Shown piece by piece: positions 20,526 to 30,291 of a DNA stretch of 45,020 nucleotides. Under the pieces are notes generated by a model. The model was given only the letters and a program-made list of their open reading frames with translations, was not told where the DNA came from and made no database searches. How positions within the stretch are numbered: the stretch's first letter is position 1; each line of letters opens with the position of its first letter. This DNA is from a virus (Duplodnaviria; Caudoviricetes). The stretch covers positions 1-45,020 of IMG/VR virus record IMGVR_UViG_3300033508_000421, one strand, 5' to 3'. A program made the position numbers and the translations under genes.

Positions 20526-21300
20526 TTCCCCAACTTATTATTTTTGTAATTGCTAAATTATACCCATCAGTATTTCCATTATTTACATAAAAAGTATCAC
20601 ATCTACCAGTTATTGTAACTGTATATGTTCCTGTATTTACATAAGTATGAGAACATTGTGGATCATTCCAACTTGTAACCCTACCTGTTCCACCATCACC
20701 ATATTCTACTCTATAATTATAAACATAACCACTTAAATGTGGAATAGTTAATGTTGTGACTGGACTTGTTATTGTAATTTCATAAACTAATGGAAATGAT
20801 GGAAAAATTGGTATTAGTAAATCACTGATAATCAAATCACTAACTAAATAAGAAGGGTATAATTCATTAGTTGTCATTTCAACTAGAACACCTTCATCAA
20901 AATTAAATGTTCCATTATTCATATAAGCAGCTCTACTTAAACCCATAATCCAATATTGATAATTATTATCTTGAATAACTACAATGAAATTACCAGAATT
21001 AAATGTTCTTACAAATTCCATAGTTGTAGTTGTTATTCTACCTAATTTAAATGATACTAATTTATTCCAATGAACTTGATTTTCATCCGCAATTGGTGTT
21101 TCAGTTAAAGAACCACTATTTAGATTTGGAATAAATTCAAAGAAACATTTTCCAGGCTTTAAAACAACATCAGTAACTATACCATCACTTTCAGTATAAT
21201 TAATTACATCATCCCAGTTTGCTATTAATAATTTAACAATCCCTGACATTGATTTACAATCATTTATATCTATACCACTATTTATATTACAAATTGCCAT
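20518..21300 (-). CDS. Second major-tail-protein paralogue fused to a PKD-like domain; apparently the N-terminal part of the 17124-20525 protein
   Basis: Residues 1-160 align throughout with 23170-23682 (e.g. IVVIQDNNYQYWIMG versus FIIVQDNNNLYWAVG). The C-terminus stops mid-module. Confidence 0.8.
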   Translation of the reverse strand: MAICNINSGIDINDCKSMSGIVKLLIANWDDVINYTESDGIVTDVVLKPGKCFFEFIPNLNSGSLTETPIADENQVHWNKLVSFKLGRITTTTMEFVRTFNSGNFIVVIQDNNYQYWIMGLSRAAYMNNGTFNFDEGVLVEMTTNELYPSYLVSDLIISDLLIPIFPSFPLVYEITITSPVTTLTIPHLSGYVYNYRVEYGDGGTGRVTSWNDPQCSHTYVNTGTYTVTITGRCDTFYVNNGNTDGYNLAITKIISWGNV

Positions 21301-21566
21301 TATACTTCATCTTCTTTTTTTAAACCAGCAGTAATTTTTCTTACTGAAAGTAATGTTGAAACTATACCCATTAATAAAATTACATTTGTCATCATTTCTA
21401 ATGTGTTTGGAATTTGAAATAAATAACCAACTACACAAACTAAAAAACCAATTAGACCAACTATTCCCCCTAAAACCCCTATCATACCTGATCCACTGGA
21501 TTTTCCTGAATCATTATTAAATGTTTCACTAAATCTAAACTTACCTTTGTCATAGTTATTTACCAT
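21300..21566 (-). CDS. Holin-like membrane protein (2 TM helices)
   Basis: Two hydrophobic segments, charged C-terminus KKEDEV, 88 aa. Confidence 0.5.
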   Translation of the reverse strand: MVNNYDKGKFRFSETFNNDSGKSSGSGMIGVLGGIVGLIGFLVCVVGYLFQIPNTLEMMTNVILLMGIVSTLLSVRKITAGLKKEDEV

Positions 21567-22015
21567 TATTCAAAAAATATTTTATATATTACCCCTATTA
21601 CAGCAGCAATTGCAGCAGAAGAAGCAAATAATTGTATCATCATTTTCCTTAATTTTTCCATTGTCACATTTTCATTCTCCAACTTAATAACTCTATCATC
21701 TAAATTCTTACCCCTTATACAACCACTTACACGTTCTTTCAAATCACTCTTTGTTTGTAATAATGTTTTTTCTTGTTCATTCTTAATGAATTGATTTTCA
21801 AGCTGTAAGTCATGAATATCTTTTAAATTTTTTGCCACAAAACCATTTGTTTTACTTGTCTGTATTTCAATTTGGTCTAACTTATAAATTATTAAATCTG
21901 AATTAGCCATTATTACATCATTCTTTGCATCATTTTGTGCTATTATACCAGCAACATGGTCATGTAATATTTCTTTAAATTCTTTAATGAACTCAGCTCT
22001 TTCATCAATACCCAT
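21566..22015 (-). CDS. Coiled-coil protein with C-terminal membrane anchor (lysis-cassette-like)
   Basis: Heptad-like N-terminal part, QTSKTNG motif, C-terminal hydrophobic helix. Confidence 0.5.
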   Translation of the reverse strand: MGIDERAEFIKEFKEILHDHVAGIIAQNDAKNDVIMANSDLIIYKLDQIEIQTSKTNGFVAKNLKDIHDLQLENQFIKNEQEKTLLQTKSDLKERVSGCIRGKNLDDRVIKLENENVTMEKLRKMMIQLFASSAAIAAVIGVIYKIFFE

Positions 22016-22033
22016 ATTAGAAAAGATTAGTTT

Positions 22034-23047
22034 TTATTCAAAGGTGTTGATTTCAACCTTATGTTTTTCTATTATATATATTATTTGTCTTGTAATAAAA
22101 TCCATACAAGTACTACAACTAATATTATTATAAACAGTGGTATTAGGTGATATGTATTCAACATAAAGATTAACTCTTTCTTGTGCTGTTTTCTTATCAC
22201 TTACTATATTTGCTGCTTTAATGTAATGATTATACACATCAATAGCAACATATAATTTTTCTCTTGGTGTTCCATTTGAAAGGTATTTAGATTTGGCTGA
22301 TGCTGCTTTCTTCAATAGTGAAGATTTTACATTTGGTAAGTAAGTTTGGAATTCATTTAATATTGTAAAGTAGTCCATATAGAATGTGTTTGTTTTTTTA
22401 GGGTCTATACTTTCAGTGATTTTATTATAATCAACATCTGGAAGTAGTTCCTTTAATTTATCTTTATCTTTTAATATATTTATTATTATTGTTCTTACTT
22501 TCTTAAAGTTCCAGTTGATTGTTTGAAGTGAAATAGAAGTTTTCTTTGAAATTTGATTTAATGACATTTCTTCATTTACAAAAAGTAGAAATATCTTCTT
22601 TGCATACTCATAATGTTCTACATTATTGAATTTACTTTTAACATATTCACTATGTAGTAATTTTATTACTGTATCATACTTATAACTAATTAAATAATCT
22701 TGGTCTAAATCATATTCTTGTTCAGTTAAACTATTTTGATAATTTTCATTTTCAGATTCCTCATCAAATAAAGAACAAATCTCATTTTCAATTTTTTTCT
22801 TTGTTTGATTATAATATGGTGCTGTTTTAGATTGGAAGTTTGTTTTCAAAGAAGAATAAAAATAATTACCCATCTTACCATCTGCTAATAATTGGTCTAT
22901 CTTTTTCTTATTACTTTTAAAGTAAAAATAATCAATTGTGAAATGAACAATATCATCAATATTGTTTGGATCCTTATCTTTGGAATAGGTTTTAGCAAAA
23001 GAAAAAATTCTTGTGTAATTAGAAATAAAAAAATCATCTAATGTCAT
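22034..23047 (-). CDS. Sigma70/ECF-like factor with C-terminal CxxC extension
   Basis: Region-2-like start (Y..IFSFAK...DDIVH...SKTAPYY), region-4 HTH MSLNQISKKTSISLQTI, C-terminal ISCSTC. Confidence 0.65.
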   Translation of the reverse strand: MTLDDFFISNYTRIFSFAKTYSKDKDPNNIDDIVHFTIDYFYFKSNKKKIDQLLADGKMGNYFYSSLKTNFQSKTAPYYNQTKKKIENEICSLFDEESENENYQNSLTEQEYDLDQDYLISYKYDTVIKLLHSEYVKSKFNNVEHYEYAKKIFLLFVNEEMSLNQISKKTSISLQTINWNFKKVRTIIINILKDKDKLKELLPDVDYNKITESIDPKKTNTFYMDYFTILNEFQTYLPNVKSSLLKKAASAKSKYLSNGTPREKLYVAIDVYNHYIKAANIVSDKKTAQERVNLYVEYISPNTTVYNNISCSTCMDFITRQIIYIIEKHKVEINTFE

Positions 23048-23060
23048 AGAATTATATATT

Positions 23061-23099
23061 AAAAAGAATGGGTGTATTTACTAATTGTAAATACACCCA
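23061..23099 (-). terminator. Rho-independent terminator after the major tail gene
   Basis: 13-bp stem TGGGTGTATTTAC / GTAAATACACCCA, 5-nt loop, then TTCTTTTT on the minus strand. Confidence 0.85.
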
Positions 23100-23169
23100 A
23101 ATAATTCTCAACCACACAAAAGAAAAGATACATTATATACTATAAAAATAGAAATAAGTTTAAGTTTTC

Positions 23170-23682
23170 TTATAATAATCCTGCAATAATTGAAGCATCA
23201 ACTTCACATGCTGGGTACTGTTCCATTGCTGTAAATTCACTAATAAGTCCATTTGCATCTGTTGATCCAACACCTGTTGAGAATGAACCACCTGAAAGGT
23301 AAGCAGGCTTTGAGAAACCAACAGCCCAATATAAATTATTATTATCTTGAACTATAATGAACAATGAACCAGCCATCATTATTTTTAAAAGATTTCTTTT
23401 TGATACATCCATTTTACCAAATGTGGCTGAAACCACAGCTGTGATGTAACTTACATTGTTTTCAACTGATACAGTTGGAGTTTGAACTAATGAGCTTGAA
23501 TTTAAATTAACTTTGAATTCATATGCGGAACTTGTTCCACTTAAAGTAATTCCTGTAATTACACCTGCTAATTCATCATAAGATACAAGTTGATCAAAGT
23601 TTCCAATAATCAATCTTTTTACTCCTGGGATAGAATCTCTACATGCGCTTACATTTATTCCACTTGTAATTAAACATGACAT
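23170..23682 (-). CDS. Major tail (tube) protein
   Basis: MSCLITSG...CRDSIPGVK...VENN...IIVQDNN...AMEQYP; follows the capsid gene and is followed by a terminator. Confidence 0.75.
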   Translation of the reverse strand: MSCLITSGINVSACRDSIPGVKRLIIGNFDQLVSYDELAGVITGITLSGTSSAYEFKVNLNSSSLVQTPTVSVENNVSYITAVVSATFGKMDVSKRNLLKIMMAGSLFIIVQDNNNLYWAVGFSKPAYLSGGSFSTGVGSTDANGLISEFTAMEQYPACEVDASIIAGLL

Positions 23683-23747
23683 AGTATTTATTATTTATTT
23701 TTTATCTTTTTAAGATTTTATTTTAATTTAAGATTTTATTTCTTAAA

Positions 23748-24680
23748 TTATACTCCAAGAGTTACAACATAATCAGGTCTATAAACTTGAACACCAATTT
23801 TGTATCTTGCTCTTGTTAAAAGTGAATCTGATTTCCAATCATAATTGGAGTCAATTGCTGTTAATTCCTCTGGTGCATCAACTGCCATTACAAAGTTGTT
23901 TTCAACAGTTGCAATGTAACTATTTGCAGTAATTGCTTCAACAGCAACAACTTTACAATTAGGGTAGAAAGGAACAACTACTTCAAATGTTTGACTTACT
24001 TCACCTTTATAATGGAATAAGTTTGATTTGTATAAATACTCAACATATAAAAGATAATTTGCAATACTTGTAAAAATTACAAGATTTTTATCTTTAATTG
24101 CTGTTGGGAAACTTCTACAAATGTAATTAATCTTATCTTCAACATTTGTAATGGTTGTATCACCACTGATTGTAGTTACACCTGAAAGATTAACTTTTGT
24201 AGTTTCACCTTTTAATATTTTAACTATACCATCTGCTAAATCAAGGTATGTAGAAGTTACACCTGTTGTATCGCCTAGAAATAAAAGTCCTTCATTCATT
24301 TTTGCAAGTTGTTTCTTCATATCACTTGTGATCATTTCTTCAAAAGGGAATTCCTGATAGTTTGAACCTTTTTTAAGTAATTGTCCAAGCCATTTTCTTT
24401 CAAGAGTTCTTATACAAAGTTCTTGTTCAGATTTTACAGCAACTACATCAATTTCTCTTTGAGTAAAAACTATCTCGTTGCCACCACCAGTCCAAGCGCA
24501 AGTGTCTGCTACTAAATCCATGTTGTTTTCAAAGTAGTTTAATTTTTGTTTGCCTTTTAATCCTGTCATCACATCAAAGTATGTGATGTAGTTTTTTCCA
24601 AAATACGCTTCTGAAATGATTGTACTGGAAACTTCTTTGATAAATTCACCCAAGTGGGTTACATTAAAATTATCTGCCAT
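23748..24680 (-). CDS. Major capsid protein
   Basis: 310 aa after the protease; FTQREI...ELCIRTLERKW, LFLGDT...DGIVK, YKIGVQV C-terminus. Confidence 0.85.
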   Translation of the reverse strand: MADNFNVTHLGEFIKEVSSTIISEAYFGKNYITYFDVMTGLKGKQKLNYFENNMDLVADTCAWTGGGNEIVFTQREIDVVAVKSEQELCIRTLERKWLGQLLKKGSNYQEFPFEEMITSDMKKQLAKMNEGLLFLGDTTGVTSTYLDLADGIVKILKGETTKVNLSGVTTISGDTTITNVEDKINYICRSFPTAIKDKNLVIFTSIANYLLYVEYLYKSNLFHYKGEVSQTFEVVVPFYPNCKVVAVEAITANSYIATVENNFVMAVDAPEELTAIDSNYDWKSDSLLTRARYKIGVQVYRPDYVVTLGV

Positions 24681-24691
24681 TATTCAATTTA

Positions 24692-25879
24692 TTATTTTTT
24701 TGCCAAGTATTTTTTTGCTTGGTTCATATTTTCATAAGCATTCTTATGCTTTTCTGCCGGAGTTAATTCTCTTTTAATAACATTAGAAGAATTTCCCTCT
24801 GGACTTAAATTTATTGGAGTAGTTAATGGTTCATCTTCAAGTTCTTTAACCTTTACTTCAAGGCTTATCTTTTCAATAACCATATCACTAACAACATTAG
24901 TTAATTTTTCTTTTTCTTCAAGTAAATTTGATTTTTCTCCTTGTAAGTTCAAAATAACTTGATTGTTTATTTCAAATTGTTTGAACAAATCATTTACTTT
25001 ACTTTCAAGAGCAACTAACCTTTGTTCATTTTCTTCTTGCAGTGAAAGAATAGGTTCATCATTTATAACCTCTTCTATAACATCTTGATTATCAGTTGTT
25101 TCAGTAGTTTCTTCTTCTACAACAACTTCTTTGATTGTAATTTCTACTTCATTGTCATCATTAATGGCATCAGTAGTTGTTTCTTCTTTCACACCAAATA
25201 TTTTATCTTTCATTTTATTAATGAAACTTTTTCCTTCAACACTTTCTTTTGGAACACCTGGTAATTCTGGTAATCCCATTGATTTTGCAATTACTGAATT
25301 CAAAACTGGTTCTTTATCTTTAATAGTGATACTATCAACAAAACCATACTCTAATGCTTCTTGTGCATTCAACCATTTTCCATTACCATTTTGAACATTC
25401 ATTAATTCTTCTACTTTTTCTCTATCTACTTTTTTAGAATAGATATTATTGATTGTTCCTTCTAATTTAGTTAGAAAATCAACTTCATTTTCAATCTCAT
25501 TAGCATTACCAATAGCACAAGTCCAAGGTTTGTGAATTAAGAAATAGGCATTCTCACTCATTTCAACACTATCAGCAGACATTGCAATAATTGTTGCTGA
25601 ACTTGCTACAAAACCATTTAATTTTGCAATTACTGGAACTTCCATTTCATTTAACATATCATAAATAGAAAGTGCATGATTTACATCTCCACCTAAACTA
25701 TTAATATTAACAACTAATTTTGAACATTTAGTTTTCTTAACCATTTCCAAATCATCTTTGATTTGTTCTTTGGTTACACCTTCTTCCCAGAAAGATTCAC
25801 CAATCTGACCTTCTATATCTAAATAACCAATTGTATTATCTTCATTTACTTTCACTAAATTAAAAGGTAAATTTCTCAT
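24692..25879 (-). CDS. ClpP-type prohead protease with acidic/coiled-coil scaffold C-terminus
   Basis: INSLGGDV, GFVASSATII (Ser), FLIHKPW (His), WLNAQEALEYGFVD. Confidence 0.92.
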   Translation of the reverse strand: MRNLPFNLVKVNEDNTIGYLDIEGQIGESFWEEGVTKEQIKDDLEMVKKTKCSKLVVNINSLGGDVNHALSIYDMLNEMEVPVIAKLNGFVASSATIIAMSADSVEMSENAYFLIHKPWTCAIGNANEIENEVDFLTKLEGTINNIYSKKVDREKVEELMNVQNGNGKWLNAQEALEYGFVDSITIKDKEPVLNSVIAKSMGLPELPGVPKESVEGKSFINKMKDKIFGVKEETTTDAINDDNEVEITIKEVVVEEETTETTDNQDVIEEVINDEPILSLQEENEQRLVALESKVNDLFKQFEINNQVILNLQGEKSNLLEEKEKLTNVVSDMVIEKISLEVKVKELEDEPLTTPINLSPEGNSSNVIKRELTPAEKHKNAYENMNQAKKYLAKK

Positions 25880-25931
25880 GTTTAATATCCTTATTTTTTA
25901 TTATATATAATTTTCTAAAATATATAAAATT

Positions 25932-28900
25932 TTACCAAGTTGTGTTGGTTATGTTTCTTGATAATTTGTTTTGAACCTTTTCCATTTCAATAGTATTATT
26001 AACAACTGGAATAGCAGCTACACCACTAACTACCTCTTGGACAATTAGTTGAACATCTTCTCTACTTAATGAATTATTAGATTTACTACTAGTTGTTCTA
26101 ACTTGACCACCAAACTCCATCATATTTTGATTGGTTTTAGTTTTAGGGTTATTAATACTATTCAAAGCAAGTCCTAAATCTCTAACCCATGGAAGTGAAG
26201 CAGCTTTTTTGTTTATAACTACTTCACCACCTTCAAGCTCAACATTTACACCACCTTGTTTATGTGAAGGCCCATTTACTTGACCACCAAATTCTAATTT
26301 TTTAACATTATCTCTTTGTTGTTTTGCTGCTGCTATTTGTACTGCTCCTAAACCCGCAGTAATTGCTGTCATTGCTGCTGCAACAATTGGTAATGATGAC
26401 CATTTACTCCAAATTTCCATTATACCAAGTGCAGTAGATGCTGCAATCTGAGCAACCTTGATACTGAACTCTTTATCCGCATACTTTTTTTCAAGGGCAA
26501 GATTTTTAGCAGCTAAATCTTCATCTGCTTTTAATTTATCTGCTGCATATTTTGCTTCTATTCTTTCTAATTTTCTCTTTTTAGAAGCAGTCATATTTTC
26601 TTCTTTAATATTCTTTAAACCATATTTAGTAAGTAGTTCTTCATGATTTTTATCAATAACTTTTAATAGAACATCATAATCACTTTGAATTCTTTCTTGT
26701 TCCATATCTTTTTGAATAGCCCATATCTCTCCAACCTGTCCTACTTGGTCAGAGAATGCTTGAATTGCTTTTTGTGATTCTTCTAAATATATTGCTGCTC
26801 TTTCTTTGGCATACTTTTTAGAAATTTCAGTTTTTTCTTGTTCTGCTTTATCAAAAAGGTCAAGTTCAAGTGCTTTTGCCATACCAACTTGTTTAACTTC
26901 CTCCATTAATCTCTTATCTACTTCACCAAGTATTTTACCTTTACCATTTTTATCACCTTTTACACCAACTTCTGCAATTTCACTTGCTTTATTTGCTCTA
27001 ATAGAACTTTTAATACCAGGTTTATTAGAAACACCAAGTGCAGACATTCTTTGTTCATATTGGACTATTAAATCATCCATATAGATTTTTTGCTTTAATA
27101 AATTTTCTTTTTGTCTAGCAAGAGATAATCTATTTGCTATATCAATAGCATCATTTTTAGTTTTATTTATTTTTATTTCAGTTGATGCTAATTCTTCTTT
27201 TCCTTTTATTGTTAAACCATTATAATATACATTAATACCAGCTGTTTTAACTGCATATTGTTCAGTAGTAATAGCTTTTTCTTCTGCTGTTTTAGTAGTA
27301 CTTCTTAAAATAGTATTCAATACATTCAATTCATCTTTCAACATATCTTGTCTTGAATCTTCATACATTTTTCTTAATTCACTTTCATTCTTTTGAGCAT
27401 CTTCAAGTTGTTTAACTGCATTACTATCAATTGAATTAAGTGCTTCTTGTAAAGATAATTTAAGTTCTTCATTAAGAATATACATACTACCTTCTATATT
27501 CTCAGCTGCTAAAACACCCAAAGATTCTGACCAATTTTCAAGATCAGTTTTAATATTTTTTAATTCAACTTGTCTTTTATTAGTTTCTTGAATTATTAAT
27601 GTTTCTTCTTTCTTTTGTTGAAGTTCATTTCTTTTCTTCAAGTTATTTGTTCTATCAGTTTCAAGTTGTTCTCTTGCAACATTGTAATCTGATTGATTTT
27701 TTAAGTCAGTAGCATAAAGATTTTCTTTTTCAAGTACAAGTTGAATTTCAAAATCTAATGCTGCTCTTTTAGTTACATAAGCCTTATCAATTAAATCAAT
27801 TTCATCTTTTTGAGCTTGTCTTCTTGCTTCTGCAATTTTAGCTTCTTCCCAAAGTGCTATTAATTGTGGATTATCTTTTGGATCACCAGAAGAATTATTA
27901 CCACTTCCATTTAATACTATATTTCTTTTCTTAGCATCAATTATAAGTTGTTTAAGTAATTCTTCTTCTCTTCTTTTTGCTTCTTGTTTAGATTCAGTCC
28001 ATCTTTTTAATGATTGTCTTTTAATTCTTTCTGCAAGAAGTGCTTCTCCTTTTTTCCATTCCTCAGTTAATTCACCAAAACCAAGTAAATTAGCACCACC
28101 TGTCATTGCAGTTTGTTTTCCTGGTGAATTTGGTTCATTAGCCCAGTTTAAAGCAGTTAAGAAACTTCTTTCATCACCTTTTGGTAATTTATCAATAATC
28201 TCACTTTGTCTTTCAGTTGCAGAAGCCATATCCTTCCAACCTTTTGTAATTGAAACAATATAATCTTCATTAAATATACTATTTTCACCTTTTGCCTCTT
28301 CATCATAAGTTTTAAGTGACATTGTTGCCCTTTTTATTTGACTATCTAATGATGAAATATCATCAACTAAATCTTTATAGAATTGTTGTGTTTCTTCTGG
28401 GTTTAAAGATGTTTTTGCATAAAGTTCAAAATCAGTAGTTGTTTTGGTTATTGCTAATATATCTTCTAAACCCTTTTTCATTTCTTTTTGGTGTTCAATT
28501 AAAGTTTCAGTTTCTTTATTTACTCTTTTATAAACTTCAACTAATGCAGCACCAGCAATTACTGCTATACTCATCCAATTTCCTGCAATAGCACCTTTAA
28601 GTTTATTAAATCCTGCTGTAACTGATGCAATACCATTACCCATTGTATTATAATTCATCAAAGCAACAGTGGCATTTTTAATAGCAATAGTTTGTGCTAT
28701 AATCCATGTAATTGAACCCTTTATTGCATTAGAAAATATTAGTGTCTTTAAACCAACACCAACATACCATAAAGTAAGATATTTTAATGATTTTCCTATT
28801 GTTGTAAGTATTGCATCATGTTCAACTAACCATTTTCCAACACTTCTAATACCATCAACTAAACCTGATAAAAGTCCAATAAATTCTCTTAAATTTTTAT

Positions 28901-30068
28901 TTAATACACCACCTATTTGTAATGCAACTGTTTCTATATTATTTCCAAGTTTCTTTAAATCACCTGTAATACTATTCATTTGTAATTCAGCAATTTCTGC
29001 TGCTGTTAATTTAATATCAGTCAATTCTTCATTCATTCTAACAAGATTATCAATCTGAGCCTGATCACCAAATGCTAAAATACCTCTTGCACTTCTAATA
29101 TTCACTGTGTCAAATACATCACCAACACTTAATCCTAAATCTTTAATTTTTTGGAAAGCGGCAATCATACCTTTTGGGCCATTAAAACCTTCAACTTGAA
29201 AACCAATAGTTTTTGTTAATTTAGAAGATGTCTTTGCCATTTCTATAAGAACATTGTTCAAAGTATTACCAGCACTAGTCCCCTTGATTCCTATCTGACT
29301 TAATTGGGCGAGTAAAGCAGAAGTTTCTGCAACATTTAATCCCATATTTACAGCACTATTACCAACATATTTCATACTATTAGCATAACTCTCCAAATCT
29401 GATGCAGATTGAAGGAATGTAGTAGTCATAATATCAGTAACTTTCTTAGCTGAATTTATATCTAAACCATATTGGTTTAGAATACTTTTTAACACATCAC
29501 CTGACTTAGCTAAATCTTCATCAGTAGCAGCAGCAAGATTCACAATAGCCTCAGTTAATGTGTTTATCTTTTCTGGTGTTTCTACACCAAGTTTAATAAG
29601 GTTTGCTTGTAAGTCAGCAACTTCATTAGCACTAAATTTACTTGTTCTACCAAGTAATAATGCTTGTTCCCTTAATTTTGGCATTGCAGTTCCACTAACA
29701 TCACCCATTAAAGCTCTATTAGTAGCGAGTGTATTCTCAAATTGTAAAAATGCTTGTGTTGCATCACTAACAGCAGCAGTAACCTTTTGAACTAATAAGA
29801 AAGAAGTGAAATACCTTGTAATATTAACAAACATATTACCAGTTTTTTCAGTAGATTTACCTAACTTGTCCATTGCAACAGTAACCTTATTGATTTGTTT
29901 TTCAACAGTACCAATTTGACCAGCCATCTTATTCCAATCAGCACTACCAGTAGTTAAAGTTGCTTGTTTTTTCTTTAATGCTTCTAATTCTTTGGTTAAT
30001 CTCTTTAATGCTTCCTCTGCTTGCTTTGCAGTTACAATTATTTTATAGTCAATAGTTTTTCCTGCCAT
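25932..30068 (-). CDS. Tape measure protein (TP901-type core)
   Basis: LREQALLLGRTSKFSANEVA...GIKGTSAGNTL core, long helical body, C-terminal FGGQVNGPSHKQGGV..ELEGGE motif. Confidence 0.92.
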   Translation of the reverse strand: MAGKTIDYKIIVTAKQAEEALKRLTKELEALKKKQATLTTGSADWNKMAGQIGTVEKQINKVTVAMDKLGKSTEKTGNMFVNITRYFTSFLLVQKVTAAVSDATQAFLQFENTLATNRALMGDVSGTAMPKLREQALLLGRTSKFSANEVADLQANLIKLGVETPEKINTLTEAIVNLAAATDEDLAKSGDVLKSILNQYGLDINSAKKVTDIMTTTFLQSASDLESYANSMKYVGNSAVNMGLNVAETSALLAQLSQIGIKGTSAGNTLNNVLIEMAKTSSKLTKTIGFQVEGFNGPKGMIAAFQKIKDLGLSVGDVFDTVNIRSARGILAFGDQAQIDNLVRMNEELTDIKLTAAEIAELQMNSITGDLKKLGNNIETVALQIGGVLNKNLREFIGLLSGLVDGIRSVGKWLVEHDAILTTIGKSLKYLTLWYVGVGLKTLIFSNAIKGSITWIIAQTIAIKNATVALMNYNTMGNGIASVTAGFNKLKGAIAGNWMSIAVIAGAALVEVYKRVNKETETLIEHQKEMKKGLEDILAITKTTTDFELYAKTSLNPEETQQFYKDLVDDISSLDSQIKRATMSLKTYDEEAKGENSIFNEDYIVSITKGWKDMASATERQSEIIDKLPKGDERSFLTALNWANEPNSPGKQTAMTGGANLLGFGELTEEWKKGEALLAERIKRQSLKRWTESKQEAKRREEELLKQLIIDAKKRNIVLNGSGNNSSGDPKDNPQLIALWEEAKIAEARRQAQKDEIDLIDKAYVTKRAALDFEIQLVLEKENLYATDLKNQSDYNVAREQLETDRTNNLKKRNELQQKKEETLIIQETNKRQVELKNIKTDLENWSESLGVLAAENIEGSMYILNEELKLSLQEALNSIDSNAVKQLEDAQKNESELRKMYEDSRQDMLKDELNVLNTILRSTTKTAEEKAITTEQYAVKTAGINVYYNGLTIKGKEELASTEIKINKTKNDAIDIANRLSLARQKENLLKQKIYMDDLIVQYEQRMSALGVSNKPGIKSSIRANKASEIAEVGVKGDKNGKGKILGEVDKRLMEEVKQVGMAKALELDLFDKAEQEKTEISKKYAKERAAIYLEESQKAIQAFSDQVGQVGEIWAIQKDMEQERIQSDYDVLLKVIDKNHEELLTKYGLKNIKEENMTASKKRKLERIEAKYAADKLKADEDLAAKNLALEKKYADKEFSIKVAQIAASTALGIMEIWSKWSSLPIVAAAMTAITAGLGAVQIAAAKQQRDNVKKLEFGGQVNGPSHKQGGVNVELEGGEVVINKKAASLPWVRDLGLALNSINNPKTKTNQNMMEFGGQVRTTSSKSNNSLSREDVQLIVQEVVSGVAAIPVVNNTIEMEKVQNKLSRNITNTTW

Positions 30069-30268
30069 TTTGAATTTTTATTTTTTTGAATTATTCTTCT
30101 AAGCTGTCTATCTGTCAATTTTACATGTAAATATGGACTTTCAGGGCCAAAACTGTCTAAAAAAGTAAGTTTAATTATCTCATTATTCCTATCAATTATC
30201 TTCTTTATTTCAACATTCCACCCCAAAGTACTATCAGAAATAGTATAAATCATATCATTTAATATCAT
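30038..30268 (-). CDS. Hypothetical protein (76 aa)
   Basis: Fits between the TerS-like and tape measure genes; TATATA run just upstream. Confidence 0.5.
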   Translation of the reverse strand: MILNDMIYTISDSTLGWNVEIKKIIDRNNEIIKLTFLDSFGPESPYLHVKLTDRQLRRIIQKNKNSKWQEKLLTIK

Positions 30269-30291
30269 AAATATATATATTATTTTTCTTT

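Noticed and set aside
20518-20532. Canonical -1 frameshift at the G GGA AAT heptamer joining the tail paralogue and the adhesin
   Set aside because: The -1 frame reads GGG AAA TGT ATA AAA TAA and stops at once; the adhesin is in the +1/-2 frame.
23700-23745. Tandem TTTAAGATTTTATTT repeat between the capsid and tail genes
   Set aside because: Low-complexity AT-rich sequence; no function can be supported.
1501-29790. Plus-strand ORFs within the structural block (e.g. 1501, 3291, 3843, 5127, 5745, 9050, 11502, 15234, 15762, 16039, 24151, 25131, 26458, 26806, 28669, 29560)
   Set aside because: Antisense shadows of well-supported minus-strand genes, with no motifs or start signals.
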